Below are positions 1 to 9,396 of a stretch of 64,000 nt of DNA, piece after piece (the stretch's first letter is position 1; each line of letters opens with the position of its first letter). Position numbers and translations under genes: made by a program. The stretch comes from Chloroflexota bacterium (GTDB taxonomy: Bacteria; Chloroflexota; Anaerolineae; Aggregatilineales; J027). Location of the stretch: contig JABFGB010000030.1 in NCBI GenBank assembly GCA_013112715.1, positions 4,126 through 68,125 of the forward strand, in the 5' to 3' direction. The notes below the pieces were generated by a model that was not told where the DNA came from, searched no databases, and saw nothing but the letters and a program-made list of their open reading frames with translations.

Positions 1-573
1 ATCTTCAAGGTCGGCAGCGTTTTCGGTGCTGGTATAGGCATTCGTGTCAATGCCCTGCGCCTGATAATCGGCCCGACACTGCAACAGGGCATCAGCGGCG
101 GGTTGCACAGCTTCTTGCACAGGTAGGTCGCTGAGATACCCCTCAGCAATCGTCACGCCATATTCGGGGCACATCAGGGCCGGATCCGCCAATAACGTGC
201 CGCGCTGTTCCAAAATAATCACGTCACGGCTAAAACGGAACGGGGTGAATGAGTCCGTGTAATACGCGAAGATAGACGCATCTTGACCGGGGCCACCCGC
301 CAAAAAGACCACCGGATCGGGTGCGGGGGTATCGGTGAACGACGGCAGGGTATAAATGGGCAGTTGGATGGTGCGCCCTGCGGGATTGGCCCGGTTTTCC
401 AGCACTTCCAGCATCCCACAGCGCACCCCGGATTCCAATGGGATGTCCTCAGGGCAATCAATTTCGGCATACGACGGGCTAAATTGGGCGTGGGTGGCGG
501 TTGGCGTGTGGGTGGGAATGAGCCATCCGAGGGCTAACATCACGATGAGCAGGCATTTTTTGCAAGCAGACAT
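1..573 (-). CDS. Secreted alpha/beta-hydrolase (TAP-like/S33 peptidase family), 3' end runs off the window
   Basis: Manual translation (absent from the ORF track): MSACKKCLLIVMLALGW...RCGMLEVLENRANPAGRTIQLPIY...DPVVFLAGGPGQ...RDVIILEQRG. Signal peptide plus the GGPG and 'DxRG'-like motifs of TAP-like hydrolases. Confidence 0.8.
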   Translation of the reverse strand, partial: MSACKKCLLIVMLALGWLIPTHTPTATHAQFSPSYAEIDCPEDIPLESGVRCGMLEVLENRANPAGRTIQLPIYTLPSFTDTPAPDPVVFLAGGPGQDASIFAYYTDSFTPFRFSRDVIILEQRGTLLADPALMCPEYGVTIAEGYLSDLPVQEAVQPAADALLQCRADYQAQGIDTNAYTSTENAADLED

Positions 574-704
574 GGGCTATTTTTCTCTCCTCGCATCAAC
601 AAAGGGATGATTATACACCGTCGTCAGATTGGCAAGGTTCAAATTGTGGGGAAAAATGCCGTCCCCCACTCCGAACCCCGCCCCAATGCTTGAAGAAGGG
701 CTAG

Positions 705-794
705 AGGTTTGTTCGATATTGGTGGAAATCGCATGAATAAGCGCAATTGACACGGCGTCGGTGTCCATTGCGTAGGGACAAGGCAGTGCCCTAC
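705..794 (+). repeat. Truncated, diverged copy of MITE-A (left end plus GTAG-type hairpin)
   Basis: aggtttgttcgatattggtggaaatcgcatgaataagcgcaattg...gtagggacaaggcagtgccctac matches the left half of the copies at 17458 and 48175. Confidence 0.7.
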
Positions 795-836
795 TTAAAG
801 GGCATGTTGACGCTTTTGGGATGCGGTTTTCAATCC

Positions 837-1370
837 CTATGGCACAAGGAAATAGACCTTGATATTCAAATAGGCCAACCGGACTAAATCCCCGTCTTTG
901 AGCGGGTGGGCCTTAAAAGGTTCAAGGCGCTCCTCATTGACAAACGTGCCGTTCACACTGTCCATATCAATCAGGTTGACGGTGTTGTTGGCGGTGCGGC
1001 GAATTAGGGCATGGACGCGGCTGATGCCTGTCCGATAGCCAGAATAGTAGGCCAGATTGATGCGCTGCACGTTGTCCACCTCCGGCGATTCTTTGCTAAA
1101 CCGCCCCAACAGCACATCGTTTTTCAGTGCCCCAACGACAATCTTGTTGCCACCAATCCGCAGCAGCAGACTGGCGCCATCGGGGAAGAAGGTTGGCTCC
1201 ATCAAATTGGAAGATTCCGCCGGGGTGAGCTTGGCGGTATCGAGTGGCATGGTTTGTTGATGATCTTCAGCGGTAATTTTGCGGGTGGTACGTGCGCCTC
1301 CCGCCAAGAAGTTGATCAAACGCTCCACAATCTTCCGATCACGACTGGGATCGGGCAAAGTCTGGGTCAT
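837..1370 (-). CDS. FHA domain protein
   Basis: LLGR...ISRVHALI...DMDSVNGTFVN...LKDGDLVRL: conserved GR, SRxH and NGT FHA motifs. Confidence 0.9.
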   Translation of the reverse strand: MTQTLPDPSRDRKIVERLINFLAGGARTTRKITAEDHQQTMPLDTAKLTPAESSNLMEPTFFPDGASLLLRIGGNKIVVGALKNDVLLGRFSKESPEVDNVQRINLAYYSGYRTGISRVHALIRRTANNTVNLIDMDSVNGTFVNEERLEPFKAHPLKDGDLVRLAYLNIKVYFLVP

Positions 1371-1578
1371 GGAATAGTCCCCTTAATCCATATTCATCAA
1401 TGTCTAGCGTGATGTGTTGCCTATTTACAATTTTGGGGATTGTCTGGCAATAATCTTTAATCTTCTTTTTTCTTTACTTTTCCTAAACACATTATAATAA
1501 AATTCACGGCATTCTTTCCACCCCTGCCCGCCAATTTTCAGATAAAATTAGGTTTTCGTTTGAAGGGGAGCAACGTAT

Positions 1579-2163
1579 ATGATCTTGCCTTCGCCGATCC
1601 TCCACAAGACGCCACGCGGCCTGATTACCATTCGCCCCGCCCTTGAAAGCGATGATGCCCAATTGGGTGCGCTTCGTAGGGAAGCCCTGACGGACTCACC
1701 GACTGCGTTCGGGGCAGATTTATCAAATACCGCACCGTTTGAATCTGGTTATTGGGCCGATAAAATTCGTAAAGACACTGAATCAGGGAGTGGTCTGGTC
1801 ATCGTCGCAGCGCTTGCCATACCCAATTCTGACGGTGAAACCCCACCCGCCGAAACGCTGGTCGGCATGACGGGCATTTATCGCAACATGGGGGCCAAGG
1901 CACGGCATTCCGGCGGCATCTGGGGCGTGTATGTGCAGCCGGATTTTCGTGGGCAGCATTTGGCGGACGACATGCTGGCGCTGTGCCTTATTTGGGCCAA
2001 AACTTTCGGGCTACGGTTGGTCAAATTGGGCGTCGCCGCTGATAACCCGGTTGCCCTGCGGGTCTATATGCGGCATGGCTTCCGGGTCTATGGCGTCGAA
2101 CCCGCCGCCATCCATTACGACGGCGTGGATGTTGATCTGGTATTGATGGCGAAATGGATTTGA
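1579..2163 (+). CDS. GNAT family N-acetyltransferase
   Basis: IWGVYVQPDFRGQHLA (motif A), NPVALRVYMRHGF (motif B). Confidence 0.9.
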   Translation: MILPSPILHKTPRGLITIRPALESDDAQLGALRREALTDSPTAFGADLSNTAPFESGYWADKIRKDTESGSGLVIVAALAIPNSDGETPPAETLVGMTGIYRNMGAKARHSGGIWGVYVQPDFRGQHLADDMLALCLIWAKTFGLRLVKLGVAADNPVALRVYMRHGFRVYGVEPAAIHYDGVDVDLVLMAKWI

Positions 2164-2194
2164 GACCCACTGCGCCGACCTTTATGCCTATCCT

Positions 2195-3115
2195 TTATGG
2201 AATAAACCACGACGGTATTTCGTCTCGACTGGTATTGTCGGTCAACTGTCGCAGGTCGCTTCCATCGGGCCGCATTATCCAGAGTTCGGATTCTTCTTTT
2301 GAACCTTGCGAAAAGACCAGCCATTCGCCATCCGGTGACCATGTTGGGCTACCAATTCCGTCCTCCCCAACCAGCAGTCGGCGTTGATTGGTCCCATCGG
2401 CCCTCATCATCCAGATGTCGCTCCAATCGTCTTCGTTCCGACATAACATCACAATTTCCGTACCATCGGGTGAAAAAGCGGGGGAATGGCACTCGGTATC
2501 ACCGGTGGTCAACGGCACAGGCTCGCCCCCGTCTGGGCTAATTGTCCAGATCGTGGAAGTTTGGTGGGGGGCATATTCGGAACGCTCAAAAACGATCAGG
2601 TCGCCGTTGGGTGACCAATCCGGGGCATACTCGTCGGCCTCCTCGGTGGCGGTCAGTGACGTCGGGTTGCTGCCATCGGAACCAATGATCCAAAGCTCAC
2701 GTATCCCACCCTCCGCCGCGTGGCTATAGACAATCTGCTCATCGTCCGGCGACCAACTGGGCGACCAGTGCTGAACATCCGGGGTATTTGTAATCTGTGT
2801 TGGGTCGCTGCCGTCCGCTTCCATGACCCACAGATGCCACCACAGCCCGTCCCAATATTGAAACACAATTTTTTCACCGGAAAATGACCATGCCGGGTTC
2901 AAAATCTCGCGCTGCTCATCGGGCACCGTAAAAATAACCGAGATTTCGCCAGTCTCTACCTCCATGACACACAGACTTTGGGTGGTGACGCCCGCCGGAC
3001 GGCAAATATAGAGGAGTTTACCAGTCGGCTCGGAATCCGATTGGGCTGCGACCACTGTATTGCGCAAGAGGGGAGTGAAAACCAAGAGGATGACGATGAT
3101 AAGTCGGTTCTGCAT
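2195..3115 (-). CDS. Secreted TolB-like beta-propeller (PD40 repeats)
   Basis: Signal peptide MQNRLIIVILL (start 3115 preferred over 3151); repeated P.WSPDG...IVF motifs. Confidence 0.85.
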   Translation of the reverse strand: MQNRLIIVILLVFTPLLRNTVVAAQSDSEPTGKLLYICRPAGVTTQSLCVMEVETGEISVIFTVPDEQREILNPAWSFSGEKIVFQYWDGLWWHLWVMEADGSDPTQITNTPDVQHWSPSWSPDDEQIVYSHAAEGGIRELWIIGSDGSNPTSLTATEEADEYAPDWSPNGDLIVFERSEYAPHQTSTIWTISPDGGEPVPLTTGDTECHSPAFSPDGTEIVMLCRNEDDWSDIWMMRADGTNQRRLLVGEDGIGSPTWSPDGEWLVFSQGSKEESELWIMRPDGSDLRQLTDNTSRDEIPSWFIP

Positions 3116-3424
3116 AGTAATTTTCCTTTGTCTTATCGAATGGGAATTCATGTCCCCGTCAAAATAATAATCGGTAGGTTAGGCCACCTGCAAATGGAGA
3201 TACACCGCGTCGGAGGCATGATTGTCGCTAGTCCCTGTTAAGATGCATCGCGTACCAGCACGTTGACCACGATGACCAGACACCAGCAGCGTTTGGGGGG
3301 TGGGTTGTCCATCACGACTCCAGAGGGAAGGCGGTTCATGTGGTTCAGTATATGCCAGTGTGCGCTCTTGGGGAAATTCGCCGCTTGTGTGGGTGACCCA
3401 TAGAGAGTAGAGGTCGCTTGAATA

Positions 3425-3841
3425 TTATGTGATGCCAGTAAAATTCGCTATTTCTTCCACTGTGATACCCTCTCGCAATTCCAGACTCTCCCATTCACCC
3501 TCTTGAAATAAATATAAGGCGTGCTCCGATGGCACAAACGACCTATACCATGCCACGAATTCGTTCAACCCCAACCCAGCTTCCATCGTCAGTATCTGGT
3601 TCAAATGACCTCCAAATGACCCAGACACTCCCCAATTGCTGTCAGCCGTTACTTCCCATCCAGCGTCGGAGTGCGTCTTTATGTCCCAATTCACTTCTCT
3701 AATCATTTCCCCAAACTCAGTGAGCCTCTCCCTAAATTCACTGAATTTGATATGAAGATCACTTGGCGGTTCGGACGGGACATTGTTTTCATCCATCCAG
3801 AGCATTGGATTATAGGGAGTGACATGAAATCTGACGGTCAT
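3425..3841 (-). CDS. Hypothetical acidic protein, possible polymorphic-toxin immunity protein
   Basis: 138-aa ORF with RBS gagga, acidic and Trp-rich, low GC, 21 bp downstream of the SitI3-like gene. Confidence 0.55.
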   Translation of the reverse strand: MTVRFHVTPYNPMLWMDENNVPSEPPSDLHIKFSEFRERLTEFGEMIREVNWDIKTHSDAGWEVTADSNWGVSGSFGGHLNQILTMEAGLGLNEFVAWYRSFVPSEHALYLFQEGEWESLELREGITVEEIANFTGIT

Positions 3842-3862
3842 TACATTCCTCGTGTGCAGCCT

Positions 3863-4327
3863 TCAGTTCTCTTCGGGCCTAATGAAGTCGTACTCCAAAT
3901 GTCGGATCATTTCAAGACAATCTGTCTCAAGCCAGAGTCCCACTCCCGAGATGAACAGGTTGCCAGATCGTCTGAATAAGACGATGTCATCCCTATACTG
4001 TAAAATAACGTCCCCCGTATTGTTGCGCATGTATTTTAGGACATAGCCTAATAGGATAGGAAATATCTCTGTCAGTTCCGCGTCCCAAAATAAGCGAAAT
4101 GTAACCAAAATATCAGTGTTTATGTGCCAAAACTCTTCCCTGTAGTCTCCAAAGGCTCGAGACGATCTTTTTGTAAACACGGTACACCCGATGGCAGGCG
4201 CACTGAAATCTTCCTCGTCACGAAACTGGCCTATTTCTGAATCAACATCAAAATACTCTAGAATATCCCTTAGAATTGCGAGCGGGTCCAGTGGGGTAGA
4301 AATTCCCAGTTTGAAGCTAGTCGCCAT
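3863..4327 (-). CDS. SitI3-like immunity protein
   Basis: Start at 4327 behind a GGAGG RBS. N-terminal MATSFKLGISTPL and C-terminal VTFRL...GDVILQYRDDIVLFRRSGNLFIS...LW resemble the SitI3 family pattern as I recall it. Confidence 0.55.
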   Translation of the reverse strand: MATSFKLGISTPLDPLAILRDILEYFDVDSEIGQFRDEEDFSAPAIGCTVFTKRSSRAFGDYREEFWHINTDILVTFRLFWDAELTEIFPILLGYVLKYMRNNTGDVILQYRDDIVLFRRSGNLFISGVGLWLETDCLEMIRHLEYDFIRPEEN

Positions 4328-4543
4328 ATATGCCTCCGCTGTCTCCTTTGAGCCAATCGCCCGCGCTTGTGGTATTATCCCACTTTCCATTTTTGAGCGC
4401 ATGGGGTTTTCAGATTTTTCAAGAGGCGATGACAGGCCGTTCCGTTTTCAAGGTGAAATGGTCATTGCTATAGCCGTTGTGTGTCTCAAAATGTCAGGCG
4501 ATGTACAGGCCGAGACGTGTCCAAATTGTGTGGAGACTAAGTA

Positions 4544-5029
4544 TTGAATATCAAATGGTGGCTAATTAGTACATTTTTGCTCTTGATAACAACAAGTTGC
4601 CTCACTCAAGGCGATGAAGTTACATGGGAATATACTTTTCCAGATGGCTATGTTGGATGGATTGCCATCCAGCATAATTGCCCCGGAGGCCAGCCTTTAA
4701 ACCGAAGAGGTGATGTTATAAAAGTCACCTTTGGAGCGGATGGACTATTTTGTACTTCAGATACCTCTTTTGCATGGCATGGTAAGCAATTTGCTAAAAA
4801 TATGTCGGGAATGAAAATTCCTGTTTTTGGATCATCCCCACCAAGTCAAGTATATGGTGTATGTTGTGGAAGTGGGTATTCGGCTTCCTTTCCAAACTCG
4901 GGAGGAATAACGGAAGTAGACCTTATTCTGATGTGGGTTGGAATACCGCAACCAAATGCCCCTCGAACCAATATAGATGCAATTTACGAAGATATGCAGC
5001 GGGGGCGATTAAGACCTATTGATTGGTAA
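4544..5029 (+). CDS. Lipoprotein, DUF6843-like
   Basis: Lipobox LITTSC; YTFPDGYVGWIAIQHNCPGG motif; TTG start behind ggaga. Confidence 0.6.
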   Translation: MNIKWWLISTFLLLITTSCLTQGDEVTWEYTFPDGYVGWIAIQHNCPGGQPLNRRGDVIKVTFGADGLFCTSDTSFAWHGKQFAKNMSGMKIPVFGSSPPSQVYGVCCGSGYSASFPNSGGITEVDLILMWVGIPQPNAPRTNIDAIYEDMQRGRLRPIDW

Positions 5030-5116
5030 TCTGCCACAAGGTGCTCGACCAAAATGACAAAACCGATTTTTTGTAGCATCTTTTCATTCGATGCTCCACA
5101 GTTGATGCAAAATCAC

Positions 5117-5149
5117 TTAGATTTTATTATGGTCAAGAAGCAGTTTCAT
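5117..5149 (-). pseudogene. N-terminal remnant of a DUF5615 PIN-like toxin
   Basis: ATG AAA CTG CTT CTT GAC CAT AAT AAA ATC TAA = MKLLLDHNKI*. First 8 aa are identical to the toxin at 24052, with the same ATGA overlap with DUF433. Confidence 0.8.
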
Positions 5150-5370
5150 GATTTGACGATAACCGTGTGGCGTTCACGATCAGCGGCGTAACTGAGGCAG
5201 GCCAAAATATCGTCGCGGGTCAGGCTCGGAAAGTCGCTGAGGATTTTATCAATCGTCATTCCAGCGGCGAGGTGGGAGAGAACATCATAAACGGTGATTC
5301 TCAGGCCTCGAACACACGGTTTGCCAGATCGCTTGCCGGGTTCGAGGGTAATCAGGTGACTGTAGTCTAT
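5146..5370 (-). pseudogene. DUF433 antitoxin with ATA in place of the start codon
   Basis: 65/74 aa identical to 23831-24055; ATA GAC TAC here versus ATG GAT TAC there; gaagga RBS upstream. Confidence 0.7.
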
Positions 5371-5503
5371 GTTTGTGTACCATCCTTCATCGCAATCCAC
5401 TGCCCCAGTGTACCACAAGAATAGCCCCTCCATGAATCTCGACGCTGGCCTGCGATTTCGAGGGGGCAATCTCGATTACGTGGCTCTAGCAAAGTGCTTG
5501 GAT

Positions 5504-6562
5504 TTATAGTCCCGGTGTATCTTCGTCAATGTCGTCGGGAAGTTCATCTGGGTTCGGGGCTAATTCGAGTTTTGGGTTCCTGCGGATAATGAGTTTTTCG
5601 CCGCCAATTGTGATGAGCATGGTATTGTCTCCAACCTCAAGTGTCATTTTGGGGAGTTGTAATGGGGCTTCTCTCAAGAGAGTTTGTAGGGGATTGTGAA
5701 CGTAAGTATCCAGAAAGCGTGCCATTGTTTGTCCGGCTTGCGATGCTAAGTGATCCCACGCATCCTTACCTATGTACACTTCCCCACCAGCATGGATAAA
5801 CGCTTTGCTCAGTTCATGTAGCTTTGGGTTTGGAGTTGGATCGAGGACGACCAGCACAGGTGTGTAACTACTCGCTTGGCAGTCGTTTGGAAACTCTAGC
5901 TCTTCGCTCCACCGTCCTTGCCCAGAGGCAGCAATAGTCACCGGAACTTTTATTTCGTAGGCCCGTTGATCTCGGATGCAGTCTACCTGTCGCCCCTGTT
6001 GACCCACGCCACCGCGCTTAACAGGGCTTTTTTTCGCGCTGTACGGTACGCCTCCAATGGCGTAGGCAATGATTGGCTCAAATACGTAACCTGTCTCTTG
6101 CCCGGCCCGATTGTCTATATCAAATAGCCATTTTCTCCAAAAGAGGAAACCCGCCAGCGCTTTAGGACTGAGTGTTCCGTATTGCAAAAGCCCACGCGGC
6201 CCCACTTGGTCAATCGTTGGGGTAGCTTGCGTTTGTAGAATACGTTCGTATTTCAACCTTGCTTTATGGACTATCGCTAGACAGTAAAAGTAGGTGTCAA
6301 CATCTGCCCTCATGGCGAGAAGGCGCTCAAATAGGGGCAAGAACGCGACACCATCTAGGCGAAGACTGATGGGTGATTGGGAACCAAAAAAAGATGGAAT
6401 ATCCGTGTTTATTTCTGGGAGCGAATCCAATAACTCAAGGTCTCGTGCGATGACTGCCAGTAAATAGGCGCAGATGCCGTCGTCTAGAGGCACGCCTGAT
6501 TCGCTAACACTTGCGGTTCTGGCTTTGGTGATAAGCGCTAGTTGTGCTTTTGTCAGCCCCAT
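5504..6562 (-). CDS. Type II restriction endonuclease, ApaLI-like (predicted GTGCAC)
   Basis: WRKWLFDIDNRAGQETGYVFEPII, GRQVDC and YEIKVPVTIAASGQGRWSEEL match ApaLI-family motifs as I recall them; overlaps the C5 MTase by 10 bp. Confidence 0.8.
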   Translation of the reverse strand: MGLTKAQLALITKARTASVSESGVPLDDGICAYLLAVIARDLELLDSLPEINTDIPSFFGSQSPISLRLDGVAFLPLFERLLAMRADVDTYFYCLAIVHKARLKYERILQTQATPTIDQVGPRGLLQYGTLSPKALAGFLFWRKWLFDIDNRAGQETGYVFEPIIAYAIGGVPYSAKKSPVKRGGVGQQGRQVDCIRDQRAYEIKVPVTIAASGQGRWSEELEFPNDCQASSYTPVLVVLDPTPNPKLHELSKAFIHAGGEVYIGKDAWDHLASQAGQTMARFLDTYVHNPLQTLLREAPLQLPKMTLEVGDNTMLITIGGEKLIIRRNPKLELAPNPDELPDDIDEDTPGL

Positions 6563-7776
6563 AATGGAATGGTATACACCTCGGTTTTATGAAGAAAATA
6601 GCTTTTCACTCGCTCAGTTATTTGTTTAAGAGCCGGGCTGTAACCTTCCGATAAAGTGGGTACAAAACTTAAAAGTGAGCCATCTCCTGTGCTTTTTTCT
6701 GTGGAGAATTGCATCGTAAGGTCTATGAGGAGGGTTTCAGCGAAAATACGTGCAAGCAAAGGTGGGACAGCATTGCCGATGAGTTGGTGTTGTTGGGATT
6801 TGCTACCAAAGAACACAAAGTCGTCTGGAAAGGTTTGGAGACGCGCACACTCTCGAATGGTCAAGTTTCTGTCCTCATAGGGGTGTAGAAATTCATTTGC
6901 CGCACCACCTGTAATTGCCTTAGATGGCTCATCAGGGCGTAGTCTTCGGACACCAGAAGGCGGCCCTCCTCTGCGCTCTGTAGGAGTACCATCCATAACC
7001 CGCCTATTGGCTCTTCTTTTATAACTTGAGTGTTGTAGTTCGGCTGGCAAATCCCGCATAGTTTGTCCGGGGCGCAGTTTTGTAGCGCGGGCTAGGTCAA
7101 GACCTTTTAAGGGTGTGTAATAATGCCCCTGTGGAAAGCCGGGTGGTTGGGTTCGTGGTGATGGAAGATCGCTGATGCTATCTGTAACAGTAGGCGTAGG
7201 TTCGAGTATAGTGCTGGCAAGTTCAGCACCCGGAGCGCCAAAAGCCGAATGTGTGGGCTTGGGAAATGTGGGGTCCCACCCAAGTCCACCTACTGCAATT
7301 ACACGTTTGCGGTGTTGGGGGACTCCATAGTTAGCCGCGTTTATTTTGCGTAGGTGGATGTGATATCCAGCTTGAATCAATGGTACAAGTAACTCCATCA
7401 CTCGATCACCCTTTTCAGTCGTTAAGAAACCTTCCACATTCTCGAAAACAAAGGCTTTTGGCCGTAGTTCAGTGATGGTTCTGGTAAAGGATGATACGAG
7501 GCTATTCCGCTCATCTCCCGGTTTGCGAAGCCCAGCGGAGGAGAAACCCTGACATGGCGGGCCGCCTATCACAACTGAAACGGGAGAAAACTCAGCATCT
7601 TGGGATAGGTCTAGGGAAGTAACATGCGACCCAAAATTGAAACGGTATGTATCGAGGGCAGTCGGATTGTTATCAACAGCCTGAACGATGTTGAAGCCTG
7701 CTTGATGAAAGCCGAGAGAAAGGCCACCAGCGCCGCAAAAGAGGTCTAAAACGGTGAAATCTAATTGATTTCGCAT
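6553..7776 (-). CDS. DNA (cytosine-5)-methyltransferase, cognate of the restriction enzyme
   Basis: Motif I DLFCGAGG, motif IV GGPPCQGFS, motif VI ENV, motif VIII QHRKR, motif IX/X RECARLQTF...IGNAVPP. Confidence 0.97.
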   Translation of the reverse strand: MRNQLDFTVLDLFCGAGGLSLGFHQAGFNIVQAVDNNPTALDTYRFNFGSHVTSLDLSQDAEFSPVSVVIGGPPCQGFSSAGLRKPGDERNSLVSSFTRTITELRPKAFVFENVEGFLTTEKGDRVMELLVPLIQAGYHIHLRKINAANYGVPQHRKRVIAVGGLGWDPTFPKPTHSAFGAPGAELASTILEPTPTVTDSISDLPSPRTQPPGFPQGHYYTPLKGLDLARATKLRPGQTMRDLPAELQHSSYKRRANRRVMDGTPTERRGGPPSGVRRLRPDEPSKAITGGAANEFLHPYEDRNLTIRECARLQTFPDDFVFFGSKSQQHQLIGNAVPPLLARIFAETLLIDLTMQFSTEKSTGDGSLLSFVPTLSEGYSPALKQITERVKSYFLHKTEVYTIPLWG

Positions 7777-7903
7777 GGCTATTTATGATGGGTTGAGTTA
7801 CATTATACGAGATTGGCTATCTTGTGCGACCCATGTCTAACTATAGTCACAATTTGTATCTCGTCAAGGCATTAGCTATTTGTCACCCCTCTCCATAAAA
7901 TTA

Positions 7904-7912
7904 TGCTATACT
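7904..7912 (+). promoter_or_regulatory. Extended -10 promoter (TGnTATACT) giving a probable leaderless transcript
   Basis: tgctatact at 7904-7912; ATG at 7920 lies at the expected transcription start. Confidence 0.6.
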
Positions 7913-7919
7913 GCATATC

Positions 7920-7970
7920 ATGAACAACCTAACCTTCGGTGATGACGCACGCTGCCGAGGTAGCTGCTAA
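7920..7970 (+). CDS. Putative leaderless leader peptide MNNLTFGDDARCRGSC
   Basis: 16-codon uORF with no RBS, starting at the predicted transcription start, upstream of a terminator-like hairpin. Confidence 0.5.
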   Translation: MNNLTFGDDARCRGSC

Positions 7971-8010
7971 CTCACTAACACCCACTTAACCGCATATCCT
8001 TTTTACCTCA

Positions 8011-8042
8011 CCGCTGGTGCAATCGGCATCTGCGGCGTTTTT
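8011..8042 (+). terminator. Leader (attenuator) terminator upstream of the MFS gene
   Basis: Stem 8011-8020/8026-8035 (9 of 10 pairs, one G-U), 5-nt loop, then cgTTTTT. Confidence 0.55.
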
Positions 8043-8075
8043 GCTTCCCCAAACATCACAAGGAGACATAGCACG

Positions 8076-9281
8076 ATGAAACTGCGTACCACCCTGCGCC
8101 GGATGGCCCTCTTGACGCCTGTGCTGCTGCTGATTGAACTGCTGGACGAGTTCGTGTTTGGCGCACGCGAGGCGGCCCTGCCGCTGATCCGTGATGAGCT
8201 TGACCTCAGCTATCAACAAATCGGCCTGCTGCTGACCCTGCCGATTGTGATTGCCAGCGTCATCGAACCGCTGATGTTTATGCTGGCCGATGTCTGGAAA
8301 CGCAAATGGTTGGTGTTGGGCGGGGCGCTGTTGTATGGCACGGAACTGCTGGTGCTGGCCGTGACCCACGATTTTATGATTTTGCTGGCCGCGATGATTA
8401 TCCTGTTTCCGGCGTCGGGGGCGTTGGTCGGCTTGGCGCAGGCGGCCCTGATGGATAGTGACCCCAAGCGACAGGAACAGCAAATGGCCCGGTGGACGCT
8501 GGCGGGGTCGGTGGGGGTGGTCGGTGGCCCTTTGGCGTTAGGGGCGGCATTGGCATGGGCGGGCTGGCGTGAATTGTTTGTCGTGCTGGGGGGCGTCACG
8601 TTTGTGGTGATGTTCCTCATCATCCCGCACACCTTTCCGCGCCATATCACGGACGAAACGCCGACCAATTTCCGTGACAGCCTGATTGGGGCAGGGCGGG
8701 CCTTACGCCAAAAATCGGTGGTGCGCTGGCTGCTCTTGCTCCAATTTGCCGACCTGACGCTGGATGTGCTGCTGAGTTTTTTGGCCCTGTATCTGGTAGA
8801 CGTGGCGGGTGTGACCCCCTCGCAGGCGGCGGCGGGGGTGGCGGTCTGGACGGGCGTTGGTTTGTTGGGCGATGCCATGCTTATCCCGATTTTGGAGCGC
8901 GTCAAGGGCTTGACCTATTTGCGCGTGACGACGGCCATCGAATTGGCGCTGTTTCTGGCGTTTCTGCTGGTTCCCGGCTTCACGGGCAAACTGGTGATGC
9001 TGGGCCTGCTTGGATTGTTTAACAGTGGGTCGTATGCTATTTTGCAGGGGCAGTTATACGCTTCATTGCCGGGGCGGAGTGGGGCGGCGCTGGCATTGGG
9101 GTCATTGGCCGGATTAGTCGGCAGTGTCATGCCGCTGGCGATTGGCTTGGCTGCCGATGAATTTGGCCTCGGCACGGCGATTTGGGTGTTGGTCGCTGGC
9201 CCGATTGCCTTACTGATTGGCCTCACCCCCCGCCGCGATGATGAGGCGTTTGTCGAAGGGGCATTGGCGGCGGCGGATTAA
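8076..9281 (+). CDS. MFS transporter (probable efflux)
   Basis: 401 aa with about 12 hydrophobic segments; LADVWKRK motif-A-like loop; aaggag RBS. Confidence 0.9.
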   Translation: MKLRTTLRRMALLTPVLLLIELLDEFVFGAREAALPLIRDELDLSYQQIGLLLTLPIVIASVIEPLMFMLADVWKRKWLVLGGALLYGTELLVLAVTHDFMILLAAMIILFPASGALVGLAQAALMDSDPKRQEQQMARWTLAGSVGVVGGPLALGAALAWAGWRELFVVLGGVTFVVMFLIIPHTFPRHITDETPTNFRDSLIGAGRALRQKSVVRWLLLLQFADLTLDVLLSFLALYLVDVAGVTPSQAAAGVAVWTGVGLLGDAMLIPILERVKGLTYLRVTTAIELALFLAFLLVPGFTGKLVMLGLLGLFNSGSYAILQGQLYASLPGRSGAALALGSLAGLVGSVMPLAIGLAADEFGLGTAIWVLVAGPIALLIGLTPRRDDEAFVEGALAAAD

Positions 9282-9396
9282 TCGGGTAGAGGCGATACGA
9301 TCAACCCCATCCCCAACCCAAACCACTCCCCATTACATGGAGAGGGGCTTCCATACGCCGGATTCGCCTCCCCCGCTGGATGGTGAGGGGGCCGGG

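Noticed and set aside
5371-5469. 33-aa N-terminal extension of DUF433 in the ORF track
   Set aside because: Homology to the intact copy begins at 5370 and an RBS precedes that position.
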